A DNA stretch of 49,665 nt, filler included, from an uncultured virus (IMG/VR IMGVR_UViG_2049941000_000413) (Duplodnaviria; Heunggongvirae; Uroviricota; Caudoviricetes). It is 38 parts of one record of this genome, joined end to end, with 100 filler letters (N's around TTAATTAATTAA, not from the genome) between each part and the next. Parts side by side here need not be neighbours in the genome. Positions count along the whole stretch, not along the records: positions 45,004 to 46,071 come from IMGVR_UViG_2049941000_000413; positions 46,172 to 48,226 come from IMGVR_UViG_2049941000_000413; positions 48,327 to 49,665 come from IMGVR_UViG_2049941000_000413; 35 more parts are not named here. One strand, 5' to 3'. The stretch's first letter is position 1. The number at the start of each line of letters is the position of its first letter. The position numbers were made by a program, and so were the translations under genes. Under the pieces are notes generated by a model. It did no database searches, was not told where the DNA came from, and worked only from the letters and a program-made list of their open reading frames with translations. This document shows positions 45,044 through 49,665 of this stretch, piece after piece.

Positions 45044-45071
45044 AAAAACCACCGACATTTTCTGTCGGTGG
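45044..45071 (-). terminator. Intrinsic terminator
   Basis: CCACCGACA / TGTCGGTGG stem followed by TTTTT on the minus strand. Confidence 0.75.
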
Positions 45072-45174
45072 CTTCACTTAAACTAGCGACTGTGAGGTCT
45101 CCCTCACACATAATATGGGATTAGTTTATTTTTTTTATATAGTCCGAACTCGTAATTGTAATCGNNNNNNNNNN

Positions 45175-45988
45175 CAAATACCTCATCTGGGTTAAGAAGC
45201 ATCCTATTTTCTTCACCGTTGAATAGAACGTCAAGAAGTTCTGACGCTTGTATCTTGTTTAACTTGCTTATTGCGACTTCCTCTGGAACTCCCATTTTCT
45301 TAGATACCCACAACGCTTGTTTGGGGGAACAAGGTTCCAGTCTCGGTGCTGGAGTGGTTCCGTTTAAGATTGAGTTTATCAACCCCATAACTTGTGCATA
45401 CATCCATTCAGTGGGATTGTTTGAGTATACAGTGAACGCACTTGGGAGGCTTTCACAACTGTAAAGACCATACAATTTACGCATCTGTTCTATTCCTTCG
45501 TGATAATTGTCAATTGTTCTCTGTTTTGATGTGTTTGTCCTTTTTTGGCAGTATGCAGTATATTTTCCAGATGTGGCGTAATATCCCTGGTCGATATTGA
45601 ATGACCTTCGGTAAACACTGTAATGGGGAGTCTCGTGGTATATCTTTCCGTCTTTTACTGAACAACAATCAGTTCTGATTTTACCCTTTTCTTTGATACC
45701 TTGTTCTTTAAGGTTCAGAATTTCTTCATATAGTGGCTCAAGTTCTTCACGCCTCGCTTTAGTGTTGTTCTCAATCCAACCCCACGCCCAATTCAAGTCC
45801 TCTGGCGTATGTTTATCCTTATCCCTTGTAACATAATAAAAGTAAGGGTTACACCAGTATTCGATAACCTCAATCATCTTGTGGAATTCAGCCTTCGCAG
45901 TCCTCTCGGAACTGAAATACTCTTCCACGTCATTGCCTTGTAGCATTGATATGTATTGTCCTAACCTATCCGCAAATGTTTTCGCCAT
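45175..45988 (-). CDS. Hypothetical protein
   Basis: Long ORF with ATG. Confidence 0.6.
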
Positions 45989-46464
45989 AATTTATTATCT
46001 AATTACTAATTTTGTCTTTAAATTTAAATATTCCACTATAACCCTTTTCACCATCCGCTTAATGCGAAGACNNNNNNNNNNNNNNNNNNNNNNNNNNNNN
46101 NNNNNNNNNNNNNNNTTAATTAATTAANNNNNNNNNNNNNNNNNNNNNNNNNNNNNNNNNNNNNNNNNNNNCAATCCCAGTCCGATAGTCGCCCTTTCGT
46201 TAAACAATGTGGTCTTGAAGTGCTCGGAATCAAAACCGTGCGTGATGATGTGTACACCGTGCACTGTTGGGATTATGNNNNNNNNNNCGACAAACTTAAT
46301 CCATTCTTCCCTTGTCGTGGGACGGTCAGCCTTCTTCTTCTCCTCGTACGCTCTACGGAAATAGGGGAGGACATCGTAAGTGGTCAACACCCTCCGATTC
46401 ATATCCCATACCAATACATTAAATTTCTTTTCTTCCATAGTCTAATCTTTCTTTNNNNNNNNNN

Positions 46465-46952
46465 ATCACATTGTCATATTCGACAGGGGGATTGATTCCG
46501 TTGTCAATCGGCCACCTCGACCTGCATCGGTTGATTCGCTTGCAGATTTCTTTCAGCACATCTGGTCCTACACCGTCAACATCCACAATCCATTTCTTCT
46601 TGACGCCCACCTTGGGTGTGACGCCACAGCAATGGTCATACACACGGTGACCTTGTTCACATCTATCCTCCTTAATCAAATCAATGTACTTCTTGGCGGC
46701 CTCCATCGCCACATCCTTTGCGGAACGGACATTAAGGTGGATATACGCTCTGGCGTTATTGTTCTCGCACAACTCGATGATTTTATCCTTCCGTTTCATC
46801 AAGTCCTCCACAGAACGGATGTAATACGTCTTGACCCTACGATATCCGTTGGAGCCAGAATCATATACATCACACCCATCCTTCTTGCGTTGGATTATCT
46901 GCAAGAAATAGAAATCATCCTTGTCGTCGAACTCAAGCAACTTGCTTACTTG
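46465..46952 (-). CDS. Putative AEP/primase-polymerase-like protein (C-terminal part likely 46172-46277)
   Basis: WIVDVD and, on the neighbouring contig, IPTVHGVHII. Confidence 0.45.
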
Positions 46953-46998
46953 NNNNNNNNNNAAATTGTCAATTATCATATCTCAATACTTTAGAAAA

Positions 46999-47532
46999 TT
47001 AACTCCTCCACCAATACGGTCCAAACTCTTTCTTTCCCCTCCAGAATATCTTGTACAACCATTCCCAGCGTCTCTTGTAACCGCACTGCTCGTGGAGGTA
47101 TTCACGCACCTCTGGAATGGGGCACAGCCACAACAACTTCTTGTCAATGGATATGGGGGTATTCAGCACCGGACGAGAGTGTTCCTCCGCCAGTTCAAAG
47201 TCGTCCATATGGGCGATGTCAAGGATGGAGGTCACCTCACTGAGTGCTTGCTCATACGGACAGTCATAGTCGGAAACCTCCTTGTAGTGCTCAATCAACT
47301 TCTTCGCTCCCTTATGGGGAGTTGTGTCCTTGCCACCAATCTTCTCCAAGTCTCGCTCGTTGATAACACGAGTGGTCTTCACATACTCCTGGTCAGCCTT
47401 GTCCCAATCCATATAGGTCATACGCCAATCATAGAAGTAGTTAAGCAATACTGGGCAATAGCATATCGACCACTTCACAAGGCGGTCAAACGCATACCAG
47501 GACTTCAAATACATCTTGTCAACTCCAGCCAT
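46999..47532 (-). CDS. Hypothetical protein
   Basis: Complete 177-aa ORF. Confidence 0.6.
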   Translation of the reverse strand: MAGVDKMYLKSWYAFDRLVKWSICYCPVLLNYFYDWRMTYMDWDKADQEYVKTTRVINERDLEKIGGKDTTPHKGAKKLIEHYKEVSDYDCPYEQALSEVTSILDIAHMDDFELAEEHSRPVLNTPISIDKKLLWLCPIPEVREYLHEQCGYKRRWEWLYKIFWRGKKEFGPYWWRS

Positions 47533-47533
47533 A

Positions 47534-48163
47534 TCACCAACACTTTTTACAACTACCAGAATGCGTCATACCAGCAACACGTCCATCCTCGTACAGAAGA
47601 TATTCGTGACCATCATACTCAATCACACGGATGTGACTGGCAGCACGTTCGTTGATGATTCTCTTGTCCTCATCAATCTCTGCCTTGGTCCTAGTGTGAG
47701 AACAAGACCCGACACCGAGACCGATAGCCAGAACCACCAACAGAAACATTGGCCACCAATTTAATACTTTCTTTAAACTGTCTNNNNNNNNNNCACGGTC
47801 CTTGTCATCATAGAAACGCCTTACAATCGTGGTGCCGTCACTGAAGAACAACTTGACAAACGCCTTCCTCGAGACAACCCATTTGCCGTCAGCATCACAC
47901 TCGCAATAATATTCTTCCTGCATCTTATTGAACTCGTCTCTCGAGGTATAGTAATTCTGGAACCAATGATGACGGTAGGGTCTATCATACGCCCTCTGGT
48001 AGATTATCCACTCATACTTGTCCTTGTTGACGCCAAAGATGCGTAAGAACCAAGGGGTGCGCTTCGTACAAGCATATTCCGTTTTCCACCATCCAGATGG
48101 CGTGAGACGGTCGCCAATCACACACCTTACAATCTGTTTCGGATTAATTAACTCAACGTTCAT
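47534..48163 (-). CDS. Hypothetical proteins (two contigs; downstream part is lipoprotein/TM-like)
   Basis: FLLVVLAIGLGVGSC in the second contig; the fusion across the gap is uncertain. Confidence 0.45.
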   Translation of the reverse strand: MNVELINPKQIVRCVIGDRLTPSGWWKTEYACTKRTPWFLRIFGVNKDKYEWIIYQRAYDRPYRHHWFQNYYTSRDEFNKMQEEYYCECDADGKWVVSRKAFVKLFFSDGTTIVRRFYDDKDRXXXXDSLKKVLNWWPMFLLVVLAIGLGVGSCSHTRTKAEIDEDKRIINERAASHIRVIEYDGHEYLLYEDGRVAGMTHSGSCKKCW

Positions 48164-48189
48164 AACTTTATAGTTTTAAATTAACGATG

Positions 48190-48221
48190 CAAAGATAAAA
48201 TGACTATTTTGAATACGCAAA
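48190..48221 (-). promoter_or_regulatory. Bacteroidetes-type housekeeping promoter
   Basis: Minus strand TTTG - 20 nt - TATCTTTG upstream of ATG 48163. Confidence 0.75.
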
Positions 48222-48326
48222 TATTTNNNNNNNNNNNNNNNNNNNNNNNNNNNNNNNNNNNNNNNNNNNNTTAATTAATTAANNNNNNNNNNNNNNNNNN
48301 NNNNNNNNNNNNNNNNNNNNNNNNNN

Positions 48327-49665
48327 TCGCAAATTTCCATTTTCGCCTTATCTGCGAATTCGGAATGCTTCCACCCACCTTCGACGCCAAAACTTCTACT
48401 AAGTTTGTTCAATGCGTTTTGCCCGAATTTGGCTTCTACGTTATCACTGTTGATTGCCATACGGTCCATTGCTGGGTCGGTTGAGATGAACTGTAGTTCT
48501 GAAAGACTAATGTCTCCAGAAACCTTATACTTCACCTTACCAATTGTCTCGGTGTAGCGAAAAGAAGTGTCTGACTGACCTCTTGATGAGTTAACATCAA
48601 ATTTTGAGATTGCTTTTTCCGAGTCCTTTTCGTCTTCGTATTGTTCGCAATCTGTAACTCTTAGCGATGTCTTTTTCCCAAATCCACCAGTGTCTTTTAA
48701 GGTGACCAGCCATCCTCGCTCTATCATATTCGCAGTAAGAAGGATTGATGTTTGGTGCTCTGGGGGCAAGTTTATGAGCATTGGGTTTGGAATTTCGATT
48801 TCTTCCTCTCTGGTAAAGATGTATTTACGGTATTTTTCAGCACTGATTTTAATCTTGTGCTCATAAATTTTCTTCTTTTCTTCACCGTCTGTTATTTCGN
48901 NNNNNNNNNCCGCATCGTATTTCTCTCTGAATTTAATTACCCTCTCATCTCCCTTGTGTTTCATATACTCTTCCATAAACTTCGGGAAGGTGTAATCACG
49001 AATCACATCATCGGTTCCGACCACATCGCCAAAAAGTTTAAGCATCTTGTCAAACAACCACATTTCGTTTGCNNNNNNNNNNNNNNNNNNNNNNNNNNNN
49101 NNNNNNNNNNNNNNNNNNNNNNNNNNNNNNNNNNNNNNNNNNNNNNNNNNNNNNNNNNNNNNNNNNNNNNNNNNNNNNNNNNNNNNNNNNNNNNNNNNNN
49201 NNNNNNNNNNNNNNNNNNNNNNNNNNNNNNNNNNNNNNNNNNNNNNNNNNNNNNNNNNNNNNNNNNNNNNNNNNNNNNNNNNNNNNNNNNNNNNNNNNNN
49301 NNNNNNNNNNNNNNNNNNNNNNNNNNNNNNNNNNNNNNNNNNNNNNNNNNNNNNNNNNNNNNNNNNNNNNNNNNNNNNNNNNNNNNNNNNNNNNNNNNNN
49401 NNNNNNNNNNNNNNNNNNNNNNNNNNNNNNNNNNNNNNNNNNNNNNNNNNNNNNNNNNNNNNNNNNNNNNNNNNNNNNNNNNNNNNNNAGTCAGTGACGT
49501 CTTTGATGAACTTTATTCTCAATGATTCACGTTTTGCGTATCCAGTGCTTGTGTGAATTTGCCATATGAAGATTTTTTTCAATATGTCCTTTGCCAACTG
49601 CACAGTAAGGTCATTGTTAAACAAGACTCCAGACTCTGTTATTGGCCAATCGCAAATTTCCATTT
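48327..49665 (-). CDS. Fragments of a large hypothetical protein (contig order permuted)
   Basis: 48899->48327 ends KMEIC and 49665->49490 starts KMEICDW (exact 16-nt overlap). Confidence 0.55.

Noticed and set aside
1..49665. Stop-codon reassignment as in Lak or some crAss-like phages
   Set aside because: Conserved genes read through in code 11, and TAG (19791, 21337) and TGA (ATGA overlaps) act as stops before the next start

Overview
The window is not one contiguous locus. It is a concatenation of short metagenomic scaffolds joined by artificial N-TTAATTAATTAA-N linkers, with N-gaps inside scaffolds and contigs often out of order. The content is a T4-like jumbo myophage using the standard genetic code, most likely infecting Bacteroidetes (three TTTG-N20-TAnnTTTG promoters). 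Recognisable genes, mostly fragmentary, cover: replication and recombination (RecA/UvsX, DnaB-like helicase, primase, SbcC/SbcD, a PD-(D/E)xK nuclease); nucleotide metabolism (thymidine kinase, class II RNR, DHFR, Nudix); two C5 DNA methyltransferases; virion parts (gp13-like neck, gp25 and gp6-like baseplate, a YadA-like fibre); four peptidoglycan-hydrolase domains; and host-like functions (DnaK, DnaJ, sigma70, IF3, tRNA-Glu). The most notable unexplained signals are: (1) a ~100-nt structured RNA candidate at 41635-41734 (-) with its own promoter motif and terminator and box C/D-like motifs; (2) a shared N-terminal 'LTESDL...RIL-E' leader on several unrelated proteins, including a GP88-like Cys-motif protein; (3) a recurring TATTTAT late-promoter motif, together with a sigma factor whose recognition helix is diverged; and (4) apparent absence of GATC and AGCT sites. 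All family calls come from motif recognition by eye, not database searches.
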